This document shows, one piece after another, positions 32,620 to 44,797 of a DNA stretch of 64,000 bases. Each line of letters starts with the position of its first letter. The first letter of the stretch is position 1. The notes under the pieces are model-generated. The model had not been told where the DNA came from. It did not search any database and worked only from the letters and a program-made list of their open reading frames with translations. The position numbers and the translations under genes are program-made. Origin of the DNA: Saprolegnia diclina VS20 (taxonomy: Eukaryota); the NCBI RefSeq assembly GCF_000281045.1, contig NW_008246081.1, positions 179,838 to 243,837 on the forward strand, in the 5' to 3' direction.

Positions 32620-33420
32620 CAGAGGAGGTGGTGGGCAAATCGAACTCTGTCGGTGGCCCCAATTCGGCGAGTGAGTAATCGTCGCCGTCCATCAATGCGA
32701 CCAGCTTCTGCAGGACATCCTTCTCCAGGTTTCTGGCTTGTTGTCGGAGATTCCAGCACCATTACTAGTGCATTATCGCAGCACGTCATTGCGGCAAATG
32801 CGCTCGTCGTCGACCATGGTGCGCGTTGCCTAGGGTCCAGCGACGCGACATGGCCTTTCTTAAACTTGATTAAAGTATACCCAGATCCCGCCGGCGAGAC
32901 CGATGATCGCACGCAGCAGTCGCCAGAAAATTTGACGCCGAAGGGCCAGTTCGGACGGCGCTTGGATGAGCTCCGCTGCGAGGCTCGTTGTCGCAGCGCC
33001 CAAGCGTCGGCGCGGCGTCGGCCATCGACCGTTCGACGATCGTGGATCTTGGCCGTCGAGGAGGAAAGGCGCTGGCGCCAGCGACACGGTGTGAAAATTT
33101 CAAGCGCAGCGACCTGCGCAGCACCAGCTTTCCACGCAGAACCCTCATGTACCGGTACCCAACCGACCCAAGTGGACGATGGGTGCTCACTTCGGCCTTG
33201 ACCTCGCTTCACTCTCACATCGTGCGTCCTCTCGACCTTGGACAGGGAGGCGGCCGATTCTCAAGCGTGCATCCGCGTGATCGCTGATAACGTCGCTCGG
33301 CCAAATGGTGGCGGCGGCTGTGTGCAAAGCTTTCCGAGACATGGCAATCCCATGGTTGACGTTAAATCTAAAACAGCTTACGTGGCGCGCTCGGCAAGCG
33401 GCCGCCACAAGCACGGGCTC

Positions 33421-34672
33421 TTACAGGAGCAAAGTAAAACAAGCGGCGAGGGCCGCGACGAGACCAGCGAGGTGGAGCGTGCTGCTCGCGTTGAGCCGGG
33501 TGGACGCCGGGCACGTCGAGCAATCGCGGCCGTCGGCGCCCCCACATGCCGTGCAGGTTGTGCCAGCAGGGCACTTGGGACAAAAGCACGTGCAAGCTTT
33601 GCCGGACGCGCCGCTCGTGTAGCCGCCGCCCGAGCACGTGACGCCCGCGCAAATGTCGAGCTTGCCGCCGCACGTCGGGCCGTTGAAGCCGTTCTTGCAN
33701 NNNNNNNNNNNNNNNNNNNNNNNNNNNNNNNNNNNNNNNNNNNNNNNNNNNNNNNNNNNNNNNNNNNNNNNNNNNNNNNNNNNNNNNNNNNNNNNNNNNN
33801 NNNNNNNNNNNNNNNNNNNNNNNNNNNNNNNNNNNNNNNNNNNNNNNNNNNNNNNNNNNNNNNNNNNNNNNNNNNNNNNNNNNNNNNNNNNNNNNNNNNN
33901 NNNNNNNNNNNNNNNNNNNNNNNNNNNNNNNNNNNNNNNNNNNNNNNNNNNNNNNNNNNNNNNNNNNNNNNNNNNNNNNNNNNNNNNNNNNNNNNNNNNN
34001 NNNNNNNNNNNNNNNNNNNNNNNNNNNNNNNNNNNNNNNNNNNNNNNNNNNNNNNNNNNNNNNNNNNNNNNNNNNNNNNNNNNNNNNNNNNNNNNNNNNN
34101 NNNNNNNNNNNNNNNNNNNNNNNNNNNNNNNNNNNNNNNNNNNNNNNNNNNNNNNNNNNNNNNNNNNNNNNNNNNNNNNNNNNNNNNNNNNNNNNNNNNN
34201 NNNNNNNNNNNNNNNNNNNNNNNNNNNNNNNNNNNNNNNNNNNNNNNNNNNNNNNNNNNNNNNNNNNNNNNNNNNNNNNNNNNNNNNNNNNNNNNNNNNN
34301 NNNNNNNNNNNNNNNNNNNNNNNNNNNNNNNNNNNNNNNNNNNNNNNNNNNNNNNNNNNNNNNNNNNNNNNNNNNNNNNNNNNNNNNNNNNNNNNNNNNN
34401 NNNNNNNNNNNNNNNNNNNNNNNNNNNNNNNNNNNNNNNNNNNNNNNNNNNNNNCCGCGGCAGACCGGGCGCGTGCCATAGTTGGGCGTGCACTTGCCCT
34501 GCGAGTAGTCGCCCGAGAGGATCTGGACGCAGACGGTGCCGGGAAACTTGGCGCAGTCTTCGTCACTCGAACAGACGCCGTTGAAGCGGTCGAGCGTCGG
34601 AATCGGCGCGGGCGCGGGCGCAGCGGCCACGACGCTGAGGAGGCCGACGATCATCCACTGTGTCGTCTTCAT
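33421..34672 (-). CDS. Secreted Cys-rich EGF-like GPI protein (array copy 2; centre in assembly gap)
   Basis: N-terminal MKTTQWMIVGLLSVVAA..DRFNGVCSSDEDC and C-terminal CKNGFNGPTC..LAGLVAALAACFTLLL* flank the gap. Confidence 0.75.
33700..34454. other. Assembly gap (N run)
   Basis: Run of N. Confidence 1.
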
Positions 34673-35140
34673 GGCAAATTCGCTTGTGTTTAGGAACGAC
34701 GAGGCAGCTGGAGCGGTGCATACAGACTGCCACCGACTGGCTCACTAAATTCCATGTCCTCTCGTTCGACTTCGATTGGAAGGATAGAAGCTTCCGCCCT
34801 TTCTGCGCCGCCACACTGCACACGCTCGGCGCCTCCTCACCACCGTCGTCGCTGCAGCTGGGTGGCTTCCGAGCTGGACGCTCGGCCGTTGCACGACTGG
34901 TGTCCGGCGAGGCGCTTTTGGCCTCATTGGAAGCCACGAGGTGATTCGAAGGAGAATGCCATGTGATCGCCAAAGCCAGATGCGGTGGCGCACCGGCTTG
35001 GTCTCAAAATGCTTCCACTTTCATTTCCAGAGCTATGGTTAAACCCTGGGATAAACCTAGAGCTATAGATAAATGGGAGCTATCGTGTTAGTGAAAGGAG
35101 TCTGTAGTGGGTACGTCGAGAAAGGCCATATTCCACCGGC

Positions 35141-36583
35141 TTAAAAGAGCACCGCGAGGACCGCCATGATGAGCGTCATGATCGCGACCGAGAGGGTCGA
35201 GGCGCCAGAGTTGAGGCGCGCCGACGCCGGGCACGTCGAGCAGTCGCGGCCGTCGGTGCCGCCGCACGTCTTGCACGTGGTGCCGGCGGCGCACTTGGGG
35301 CAAAGGCACGTGCACGTCTTGCCCGAGCGGCCGTCCGGGAAGCCGCCGCCCGAGCACGTGACGCCGGCGCAGATGTCGAGCTTGCCGCCGCAGGTTTCGC
35401 CGTTGAAGCCGTTCTTGCATTCGCACTTGCCCGTGTCCGTGTTGCACTTGTTGCCATTCTCGCACGCCTTGTCGGACGTGCACTTGTCGCAGCGAATGTT
35501 CTTGCCAATGAAGCCTTCAAAGCACGAGCACTTGTTGTCGACGCAGGCGCCGCCTTGGCCGCAGTCAACGTCGCACTCGCCAGACGGGGTCGACTTTTCG
35601 CACTTGGTGCCCGTGTACCCGGCGTAGCAGCGGCACGCGTAGACGCGCGGCAGCACGACGTCGATGGCCGAGTTGGCCTGGCACGTGCCGCGGTTGTTGC
35701 AGAGGCTCTTGGCGCCCGTGACGCAGCCTGCCGGGCGGCAGTAGGCTTCCTTGGTCAACTGGGGTTCCTGTGCGTACGCCGACTGCGAGAGACACATGTC
35801 GTAGTCGACGCACTTGTACTGGACCGTGAGCGTCGTGTTCTTGAACGGCGTCGTGAACCAGCACTTGGGGTCCGCGAGCACGAGCGTCGGGTCCGACGGG
35901 CACGGCTGGTCCTTCACAGGGATGCGGGAGACAGTGCCATCGGCGGCCGTCGAGCCCGAACCAGACGCGACCGTGCTGTCAACAATGGGCGCCGCCGTGG
36001 TCTTCTTTGGGGACGTCGGGCCCGTCGTCGGTACATCGGCCGGGGCCGTCGTGCCATCGGCGGCGGGCGCCGCGGTCGTCTTCTTGGGGGCTGTCGTCGG
36101 GTCACTGACCACAACGGTGGTGGGGTCCGCAGCGAGGAAACGGCTCGCCGCCGTCTTGCCAGGCGTCGCCGAAGGCTTGGCGCCAGAGGCAGCCGGCGTC
36201 GCATCCGGCTCCGCCGCCGCCGTCGTCGGCTTGTTCACAGGCACAATCGCATCGGTGTCGGTAGCCGGCTGCATCGCCTTGTCAACGAGCACGCACTGCG
36301 TGTTGAGGTACCCGGACGACGGGTCCTGGTACGACGGGCAGAGACCGGCCTGGCCGCCACGGCACACCGGGCGCGTACCGTAGTTGGGCGTGCACTTGCC
36401 CTGGGTGTAGTCGCCCGAGAGGATAAAGACGCAGACAGTGCCTGGGAACTTGGCGCACTCTTCGTCGTTGGAGCACACGCCGTTGAAGCGGTCGCGCGTC
36501 GGCACGGGCGCCTTGGTCGCGATCGCGCCCGACGAGAGCGAAGCTACGCTGAGGAGCGTCGCCAGGGCGAGGACCAACTTCAT
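35141..36583 (-). CDS. Secreted Cys-rich EGF-like GPI protein (array copy 3)
   Basis: 480-aa intronless ORF with the same architecture and a longer mucin-like linker containing two PKKTTAAP units. Confidence 0.88.
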   Translation of the reverse strand: MKLVLALATLLSVASLSSGAIATKAPVPTRDRFNGVCSNDEECAKFPGTVCVFILSGDYTQGKCTPNYGTRPVCRGGQAGLCPSYQDPSSGYLNTQCVLVDKAMQPATDTDAIVPVNKPTTAAAEPDATPAASGAKPSATPGKTAASRFLAADPTTVVVSDPTTAPKKTTAAPAADGTTAPADVPTTGPTSPKKTTAAPIVDSTVASGSGSTAADGTVSRIPVKDQPCPSDPTLVLADPKCWFTTPFKNTTLTVQYKCVDYDMCLSQSAYAQEPQLTKEAYCRPAGCVTGAKSLCNNRGTCQANSAIDVVLPRVYACRCYAGYTGTKCEKSTPSGECDVDCGQGGACVDNKCSCFEGFIGKNIRCDKCTSDKACENGNKCNTDTGKCECKNGFNGETCGGKLDICAGVTCSGGGFPDGRSGKTCTCLCPKCAAGTTCKTCGGTDGRDCSTCPASARLNSGASTLSVAIMTLIMAVLAVLF

Positions 36584-37324
36584 CTTGACTCGAGCAAATG
36601 CGGAAATGGCAGCATGGCGCCAGCGCTACCGCGTGGTGACTTCGCAGGCGTGAAATTTTGCCCACGAATCAAGGCCCATCGGCGCGGCCAGCTGGGTGTT
36701 GGGTGTAACCTCGCCCGCGTGATCGCAGCGATCTGATTGGCCAAAAAGCGTGCTGTAATCGCACGCGACGTTGCACTTTCCCAGCCACCATACAAACATC
36801 AAGTCATCGTGGGAGTGACCTAAGGCAGACGAAGCAAACCTAAGGTTGTCGCCAGATGTCACACGCCTCGCCACCGTCGTGCGAACTGGCGCTAAAGCTT
36901 GGCGGCATGGACGGCCAGCGACGCTCGACGTGCGATCCAATGTCGACTAGGGTCTGCGTGGACGTTGCAGCGACGTCGTCCACGCCGCCACGTCCCACCA
37001 CGTGCAGACAGCTGTCAGTGGGCGTGTCGGCGCAGCCCAGAAGGCCTTGCAATCGTACGGTAGCTGCGCGGTGTCGGTCGACCGCGAACGTGTGGTCAAG
37101 GTTGTCATGCGTGTCTGCGCTGTTGCTGTGTGCGACCGTCTGTCCTGGTAGCGTTGAAGTGGACAACTTGTCGAGATTCCTACGCGAATTCCCGCGTTTT
37201 GGAGGTCGCTCTCGTCCGCAGCCCATTTTTTGGCTCCGTTCTGTCCCCCAGCCACAAACGCTTGCTATTGCAATGACCAGAAAGACCAGACTTGATGTCA
37301 AATGCTTGCATTTGTGCACAACCT

Positions 37325-38618
37325 TTACAGCAACATGGCGACGACCGTCAAAAGAGCAGCCAAAGTAACCAACGGCATCGCACTGCCCGAGGAAAGCTGC
37401 GTCGACGCCGGGCACGTCGAGCAGTCGGTGCCGTTGGTGCCGCCACAAGTTGTGCAGGTTGTGCCAGCTTGGCACTTGGGGCAATAGCACGTGCACGTTT
37501 TGCCNNNNNNNNNNNNNNNNNNNNNNNNNNNNNNNNNNNNNNNNNNNNNNNNNNNNNNNNNNNNNNNNNNNNNNNNNNNNNNNNNNNNNNNNNNNNNNNN
37601 NNNNNNNNNNNNNNNNNNNNNNNNNNNNNNNNNNNNNNNNNNNNNNNNNNNNNNNNNNNNNNNNNNNNNNNNNNNNNNNNNNNNNNNNNNNNNNNNNNNN
37701 NNNNNNNNNNNNNNNNNNNNNNNNNNNNNNNNNNNNNNNNNNNNNNNNNNNNNNNNNNNNNNNNNNNNNNNNNNNNNNNNNNNNNNNNNNNNNNNNNNNN
37801 NNNNNNNNNNNNNNNNNNNNNNNNNNNNNNNNNNNNNNNNNNNNNNNNNNNNNNNNNNNNNNNNNNNNNNNNNNNNNNNNNNNNNNNNNNNNNNNNNNNN
37901 NNNNNNNNNNNNNNNNNNNNNNNNNNNNNNNNNNNNNNNNNNNNNNNNNNNNNNNNNNNNNNNNNNNNNNNNNNNNNNNNNNNNNNNNNNNNNNNNNNNN
38001 NNNNNNNNNNNNNNNNNNNNNNNNNNNNNNNNNNNNNNNNNNNNNNNNNNNNNNNNNNNNNNNNNNNNNNNNNNNNNNNNNNNNNNNNNNNNNNNNNNNN
38101 NNNNNNNNNNNNNNNNNNNNNNNNNNNNNNNNNNNNNNNNNNNNNNNNNNNNNNNNNNNNNNNNNNNNNNNNNNNNNNNNNNNNNNNNNNNNNNNNNNNN
38201 NNNNNNNNNNNNNNNNNNNNNNNNNNNNNNNNNNNNNNNNNNNNNNNNNNNNNNNNNNNNNNNNNNNNNNNNNNNNNNNNNNNNNNNNNNNNNNNNNNNN
38301 NNNNNNNNNNNNNNNNNNNNNNNNNNNNNNNNNNNNNNNNNNNNNNNNNNNNNNNNNNNNNNNNNNNNNGTCCTGGTACGACGGGCAGAGACCGGCTTGG
38401 CCGCCGCGGCAGACCGGGCGCGTGCCATAGTTGGGCGTGCACTTGCCCTGCGAGTAGTCGCCAGCCAGGATCTGGACACAGACGGTGCCGGGAAAGCTTG
38501 TGCAGTCTGCGTCACTCGAACAGACGCCGTTAAAGCGGTCGCGGGTTGGCACGGGTGCCTTGGTGGTCGTCGCCGCCGACGCGAGCGCGATGGCACCTAC
38601 GAGCGCGAGGACCCTCAT
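37325..38618 (-). CDS. Secreted Cys-rich EGF-like GPI protein (array copy 4; centre in assembly gap)
   Basis: MRVLALVGAIALASA..DRFNGVC before the gap and GKTCTCYCPKC..LVTLAALLTVVAMLL* after it. Confidence 0.75.
37505..38369. other. Assembly gap (N run)
   Basis: Run of N. Confidence 1.
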
Positions 38619-38649
38619 GTCGGTCCGAACAAAAAGACAAACTGAACAG

Positions 38650-38688
38650 CGTCGGTCCTATCTAACAACGACGTCGGTCCTATCTAAC
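38650..38688. repeat. 17-bp direct repeat CGTCGGTCCTATCTAAC (38650-38666, 38672-38688)
   Basis: Read directly; it lies 30-70 nt upstream of the copy-4 ATG. Confidence 0.85.
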
Positions 38689-39489
38689 GACACCGGCTGC
38701 GGGCTGGGCTGAGCTCGCTCGGCTCGCGCCATACAAACCGTCCGTTCCTAGTCTATTTGCTATTACGTCGCATGTTCCACGACGTTACGCACGATCTTCT
38801 GCGTCGCCAGGAACTTGATGTGAAGTCGCGAGCCAATCACAAGCCTCCGCTCCGAAATGGCGTGCACCGATCACTTGACGTCCAAGAAGCCGTACGTACG
38901 CTTTAGCTTAACGTTTGTATGAATGTACAATGTACAAGTACAGTCCGAACGGGCAAAACAAATAGCCTAGTTTCAAAACAAATATCCTCGTTTAGGACCC
39001 GTCCTAGGGTTGGGCGACGCCAGGACTTGGGACTTGCCCGGTTGGATCGACCCAATTGCACAAATTTGGCGCCCATCGACGGGCTCGCATTCATTAGCCG
39101 AGCGGAAGAGAGACGACGACGGCGCCTTCACTACGATGGCGGCCAGAGAAGCGACGCACATCTCTACACAGCCGGCAACGGCTTCAATAAGAACGTATCG
39201 CCTGCAAGACGGCGAGATCCTGTGCAGCGACGTGCGCAAATAGACATGCGACCTCCGAGTGGGCGCACGTTCTGTTGCAGCACTGCGCAACGAAGCTCCA
39301 TATCGTGATCTGCCAGCACGCGCCGTCACGCGAACGAGCGCAGTTGGCACCATCGGCGTGCGAGGCGCAATGCGTGCACAACGCAGACCGCTTGCTTTCG
39401 GCAGGTTTGGCTCGCCACCAACAAGATGTCGTAGCTTCAAGGCGAGCGATTGAGACAATAGAGGTAGTACTTAGGAATAATGGGCGGAG

Positions 39490-39808
39490 TTAGTTGGCGC
39501 CGTCGGCCGCCATCATGAGCGTGATGGTATCGCCCTTGAGCAGGATGCGGCCGAGGGGCGTGCGCTTGAGGTTCTTGACGTCGAGCTCCTCGGCGTCGTC
39601 CAGCACAAGGTTCATGTACTCGTCAAAGCCCATGATGCGGCCTTCGATGCGCGTGTTGACCTGCTCGTACAGCCAGATCTGGACCCGCGCTTTCTACAAG
39701 AGATGATGCATGAGACGAGGAAGGTCATGGAGAGCGCTCGCGTACGTTCTGGAGGAAGCGGAAGATCAAGTTGATCGGCTGCGTCATGGGCTTCTGGACC
39801 TTGTTCAT
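39490..39808 (-). CDS. SNRPE: Small nuclear ribonucleoprotein Sm E (2 exons)
   Basis: [70 protein letters not shown]. Confidence 0.95.
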
Positions 39809-39869
39809 CGTCGCCGTCGTCGCTGCCGTCGGCCGCTGATTTTCGAATTTGCCAAACCCCACAGCCACT

Positions 39870-39940
39870 CGACCAATCCAAAATAAAAACCAGACAGCCA
39901 ATCCAAGCGCTCCATATCTTGCTTTTCAGCCAATCCAACC
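39870..39940. promoter_or_regulatory. Triple CCAAT boxes in the SmE/TBC divergent promoter
   Basis: ACCAATCC (~39872), GCCAATCC (~39897) and GCCAATCC (~39929). Confidence 0.55.
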
Positions 39941-40103
39941 TCGTGATGGACAATGCCTTGCCCCAGCTTGGATTTCCCGTCCTGTTTATCTTGCTGTTTG
40001 TAGCAAAATACCGTATTTCGCAAAATGGCCATCATTTTTACGTAAAACGAAGCCACTTCAAATTGGAAATCAAATATCCAAGTCGGTTCGAGCCTAAACT
40101 TAG

Positions 40104-41978
40104 ATGAGCACGACAGAGCCGCCACCGAGCTCGCCGTCGTCGTCGACGCGGGCGTCCATGAGCAGCGACGTCGAGGTGCCCGTGTCCCCGCCATCGGCGC
40201 CCGGCGGATGGTACCAGCGCATGGAGAAGGTCAAGAGCTCGGCGATGGCGGCCAAGAACCACCTTACGCCCCAGCTCCTCCAACTCAAGGACAAGATCAG
40301 TAGCAAAGCCACGTCCGCTGCAACAACGGGCCGCGAGAAGCTGCGCAACACGAGCGTACCAGAAGGCCTCCAGCCAGCGCTCGTGCGCGCGAAGGAGGGC
40401 ATGAGCATCCTCAAGACAAAGCTCTCCTACTCGTCGGTCCAAGTCCAGATCCAGGCCGAGCGGTTCCAAGCCATGGGGCTTCGCCTCGTGACCGAGATGA
40501 TGTCGGACTCGCAGATGATCGTCTTCATTGACGAAGAATCGTTCGGCCATGCGACGGCCTTTCTCGAGCGTACGAACAACTCTTGCACGGCTCGATCCTG
40601 CACCTTGTGTGCTTTCTAGAGTACCGCCATGTGAAGAGCGTTTTGCTGACGCACGACGGAGCGCCGAGTGCCATCTGCTGGGACACGCCCATCGTTCTCT
40701 ACACGATCCTCACGTATCTCGGAAGGTACAGTATCACTCGCGTCTGACCCTCTGAACTATGAACTAGTGTGCAAACCGTCGCACAGTGCACGGGCCTCAA
40801 CTTGGCAACGCGCCGCCACATCCACGCCGAGCGCCACGTGTGGCGCTACTGCGTCCGCTACGGCGAGCTCTCGCCCCAAGTGCGCATCGGCTTTTGGAGC
40901 CACCTCACGAGGTGCGGCCATTTCGTTCTTCCTATCTTTCAACATACGACACCAGTGTCGAGGCAACGCGCGCGGCGGCCGAGCACGACTACGACACGTA
41001 CCTGCAGATGGCGCTGTCCAAAGGCGAGTGGACCGACGCGATCCAGACTGATGTCACGCGCACGTACGGGCGTGTTGCGCCCCATCGCCGGTATGTAGCA
41101 GTCGCGTTGACGGCGGCAGCGGCCTCTCACACGACGCTAGGTCGTCCAACGACTGGACCGCGTCGATCGATACGGACGAAGAGCTCCAGACGCAGCTCGG
41201 CGCGATCTTGCACGCGCTGGCAGGTCGATTCCCCGACGTCGGGTACTGCCAGGGCATGGACTACATCACGGCGCACATCCTGGAGCACGTCAAGGCCGCC
41301 GACCGCAAGGTGGCACAAGCTTCTGCGGTAAAGCTCATCGGTTGGTATAGTTTGGCGAGGCGTCGCCACAGAAGCGCGCCGCTGCGACCCAAGTCCAAGT
41401 CGAAGCGACCTTCTGGATTCTCGTCGCGCTCTTTGAAAGCTACGGGCTCCGGCAAATGTTCAGTCCGGGCCTCACGCGCCTCCACCTGCACTGCTACCAG
41501 TTCCGGTGCCTCTTCCAAGCCGCGCTGCCCGCCCTCTACGACCACTTTGAAGCCGAGCACGTCATGGTCGAGATGTACATTGTTGGGTGGTTCCAAACCC
41601 TCTTCCTGTACCTCAACGCGCTGCCCAAGGAGACGCTGGACGCGATCTGGGACATCTTTCTCTTTGAGCGCAGCTGGAAAATCATGTTCCGCGCCGCGCT
41701 TGGCATGCTCAAGCTCGCCGAGCCCCACTTGATGGGCAAGTCCATCGACGAGGTATCTTGCTCGAGTGAAAACACTATGGAAGTTGAGTCTGTAGATGAT
41801 GGTGTTTCTCAACACATTTGGCGACAACCCGAGCATTCTGCACAAGACGACGCTTCTCCCGACAGCGCTCTCGATCAAAGTGACCAACGCGATGCTGAAG
41901 AAGCTCGAGCGCGACCACGCCAAGGGCGTCACCCGCCGTCGCAGCGTCTCGGCGCCAAAGCAGCAGCAACAACAATAA
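40104..41978 (+). CDS. TBC-domain Rab GTPase-activating protein (multi-exon)
   Basis: IQTDVTRT (Arg finger), GYCQGMDYI (Gln finger), WFQTLF and IWDIFLFE. Confidence 0.9.
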
Positions 41979-41995
41979 GAATAAGCATATCTAGC

Positions 41996-42797
41996 ATGAA
42001 CCTTCGACGTTTTCACGTGCGAAACGTATGGATCCGGGCGACGGCTACTGCCTCGACATGGGTAGAGCTACGTAGAGTGCAAACGTGGAGGTGACCAGCA
42101 CGTAGACGACGACGACGGTGGCTGCACCGACCTCTTGACAGGTGTCGATGCGCTCTTGACTGCTCTCCGCCTTTGCTGTCAAGACGGGCTGCTGTCCGAG
42201 TACTCGCCCGAGAACGAGACGCTGCTGGACACCACAGCTGCCATATTTTGGAACGTCGCCACCCTCTGCGAAGACCTGGGTTGCGTCTTGCTCTTTGACG
42301 ACATCTCTGTCGTAGTCAATGACGACGCGCTGCCACCCAGCCCAAGAGAGACAGACGAAGCTCATTCCGAGAGACCTACCCTGGCCGTCTCAGACGCCAT
42401 TCGTGCAGAGACCGTGACGCTGGCGCGACTTCGCGGCCGATCACTTCATGTACGACGATAAACAGGGCTCAGTCCGGGCTCTGTGACCGAAGCTCATTCG
42501 GGTTCTTTTTGTGGTTAGACCTCTTCCTCCAAGCCACCAATAGCCACCACAACGCTGCAGGCGCGCTTTGCTACCCTCCGTTCCCGCCGACGAGCCACGA
42601 CGACTTCTCTCGACTTGATAGCGCCGCCCGTCGTCGCTGCCCGCCCCATCGCAACACCTGCCAGTAACTGCAGTCGTCGTCGTAGCAGTAGTAGCAGTAG
42701 TAGCAGTAGCAGTAGTAGCAGCGACGAGGACGAAGCGCGGCTTCCACTGTCGCCTCGTCTCCGCAGTGTCCTGATGGACTCGTATTTGAATCGCTAA
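41996..42797 (+). CDS. Possible hypothetical protein (spliced; Ser-rich C-terminus)
   Basis: An ATG at 41996 and a GTAT..TAG intron lead into the 42135..42461 ORF, with a possible further exon to 42797. No recognisable domain. Confidence 0.3.
42682..42722. repeat. (AGT/AGC)n trinucleotide microsatellite
   Basis: gtagcagtagtagcagtagtagcagtagcagtagtagcagc. Confidence 0.9.
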
Positions 42798-42989
42798 CAG
42801 GTGCGTCTTCGAAAGATTGCGTCCCAAGTGCAACTTGAAACCGCTAGAAAGGCCCACCCTAGCCCTGCTTCAAGATCGCAACCATACAAAGCTCCTGTGG
42901 CGCAGTACGGTGTAGTGGGCCAAGCTCCACACCACCCGTGCCGCTCGTTCCATTTTCATTTTCACTTTTGACGCATCAACGAGAAGCAG

Positions 42990-44752
42990 ATGTATCGCAG
43001 TGTCGTTGCGCTTTGGTGCATAGCTGTCTCGGCCGTCGCAGCGACGCCGCTCACGTCGCAGGCGGCAGCCCATCAAATCCACGCGTTGCCGCACTACGAC
43101 GCCAAGCATCCGATCGACTTTCGCCACTTTGCCGGCCATCTCGCGCTGCCCTCGAACAGCCAAAAGATGTTTTACTGGCATGTTGAATCGCAGTCGGCGC
43201 CGTCGACCGACCCTCTCGTGCTCTGGCTCAACGGCGGGCCTGGCTGCTCGTCGCTCGGCGGCTTCTTCACTGAGATCGGGCCGTTCGTCGTCCAGCGCGG
43301 TCTCAACGTCAAGCGCAACCCGTACACGTGGGCGCGCAAGGCCAACTTGATCTTTCTCGAGTCGCCATCGGGCGTTGGTTTCAGCACGCCCGTGCTCAAT
43401 GCGACCGAGTACAACGACGACGTGACGACCGACCGCGCGTACGAGTTCCTGACGCAGTTTCTTGGCACGTACCCGCACTTGAGCGGCCGCGACTTTTACA
43501 TCACGGGCGAGAGCTACGCCGGTGTCTACATCCCGTACCTCGTCGCGAAGCTCGTGTCGGCGCCGATTCCCGGCATTCACCTCAAGGGATACGCGATTGG
43601 GAACCCGTTCACGGACGCCAAGATCGACGGCAACGCCTACATGGACTACTACTACGCCCACGCGCTCATCTCGATGGAGAGCTACGACGACATCGTCGCT
43701 TCCTGCGCAGACGAGCTCTCCGAGTGCATGTTCTCGACGGCCAACTGCTCGGCGGCGTGCCAAGACGCGGTGGCGAGCACGCCGATCACGTCCGACGCGT
43801 CCTACTTCAACCCATACTACATTTACGGCGACGTGTGTCTCATCACGAACGGCCAAGGCGACTTGCTGCACCTCCACCGCGCGCGGAGCTTGCAGCCCAT
43901 GCACCGCGGCAAGGTCGGGCCGTGCACCGACCGGTACACGCAAGACTATCTCAACCTCAAGAGCGTGCAGGTACGTGCGGAGTCATGCAGTGCCATGCGC
44001 ATCCGCCAACGTAGAGAGCGCTTCACATCGAAGGCGACGTCACATGGAGCGACTGCAACATGAACATTGCCGAGGTCTACAGCCGGGCATCGTCGGCGTT
44101 GCCCAAGTACGAACGCATCCTCTCCTCTGGTACTCGCGCAGCTCTAATCTGTTGCTAAGCGTTGTGAGCAGATATCTCGGCACTCATCTACAGCGGCGAC
44201 GCGGACGCGGTTGTCAACTTCATTGGCACCGAGCGCTGGATTGGGCGCGCCGACGGACTGCACCTCAACGTCACGTCGCCCTGGGCGGCGTGGTTTGGCC
44301 CTGACAAGCAGCTCGCGGGCTACTCGCAAGACTACGAGCACCTCACGTTCAAGACCGTCAAGGGGGCCGGCCACATGGTCCTATACACACTTGCTTTGAG
44401 CTGGACAACTCATGTCCATCAAATGCAGGTGCCCGCGATTCGACCACTCCATGCGCTCTACATGTTCGAGTGCTTTGTGTACGGCCAAGCGAATTGCGAT
44501 ACATTTGCGTACCCCAAGGACAACTTGGAGTATTTGACGGGCGCCGAGCAGCCGAGCGACAGCGATTCGATCGTCGTGACCGCCGGCTTGCGTGCGTCGA
44601 CGTCGTCATCGGCCTCGTCGAACTGGGCCATGCTTCTGGGCACGCTCTCGGGCGTAGCATGCTTCAGTCTTCTCCAAGTGCTGTCGACCCGCCGGACGCG
44701 CGCCACGTACCACGACCTGAGCCAGCGCATGGAAGCGCACCGCGTGTATTAG
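42990..44752 (+). CDS. Serine carboxypeptidase S10 with C-terminal TM (3 introns)
   Basis: WLNGGPGCSS, GESYAG, SGDADAVV and GAGHM|VP. Introns at 43971-44014, 44130-44171 and 44378-44428. Confidence 0.93.
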
Positions 44753-44797
44753 TATAGTCAAGTTGCATAACGCGTGTTGCATTTTGTCTATGATGGT

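Noticed and set aside
33238..38645. Long ORFs spanning X runs
   Set aside because: Artefacts of translating N gaps. Only the flanks are informative, and apparent frame offsets across gaps are not real frameshifts.
38900..39480. 161-aa minus-strand ORF between EGF copy 4 and SmE
   Set aside because: Non-ATG start, no motif and no local codon bias.
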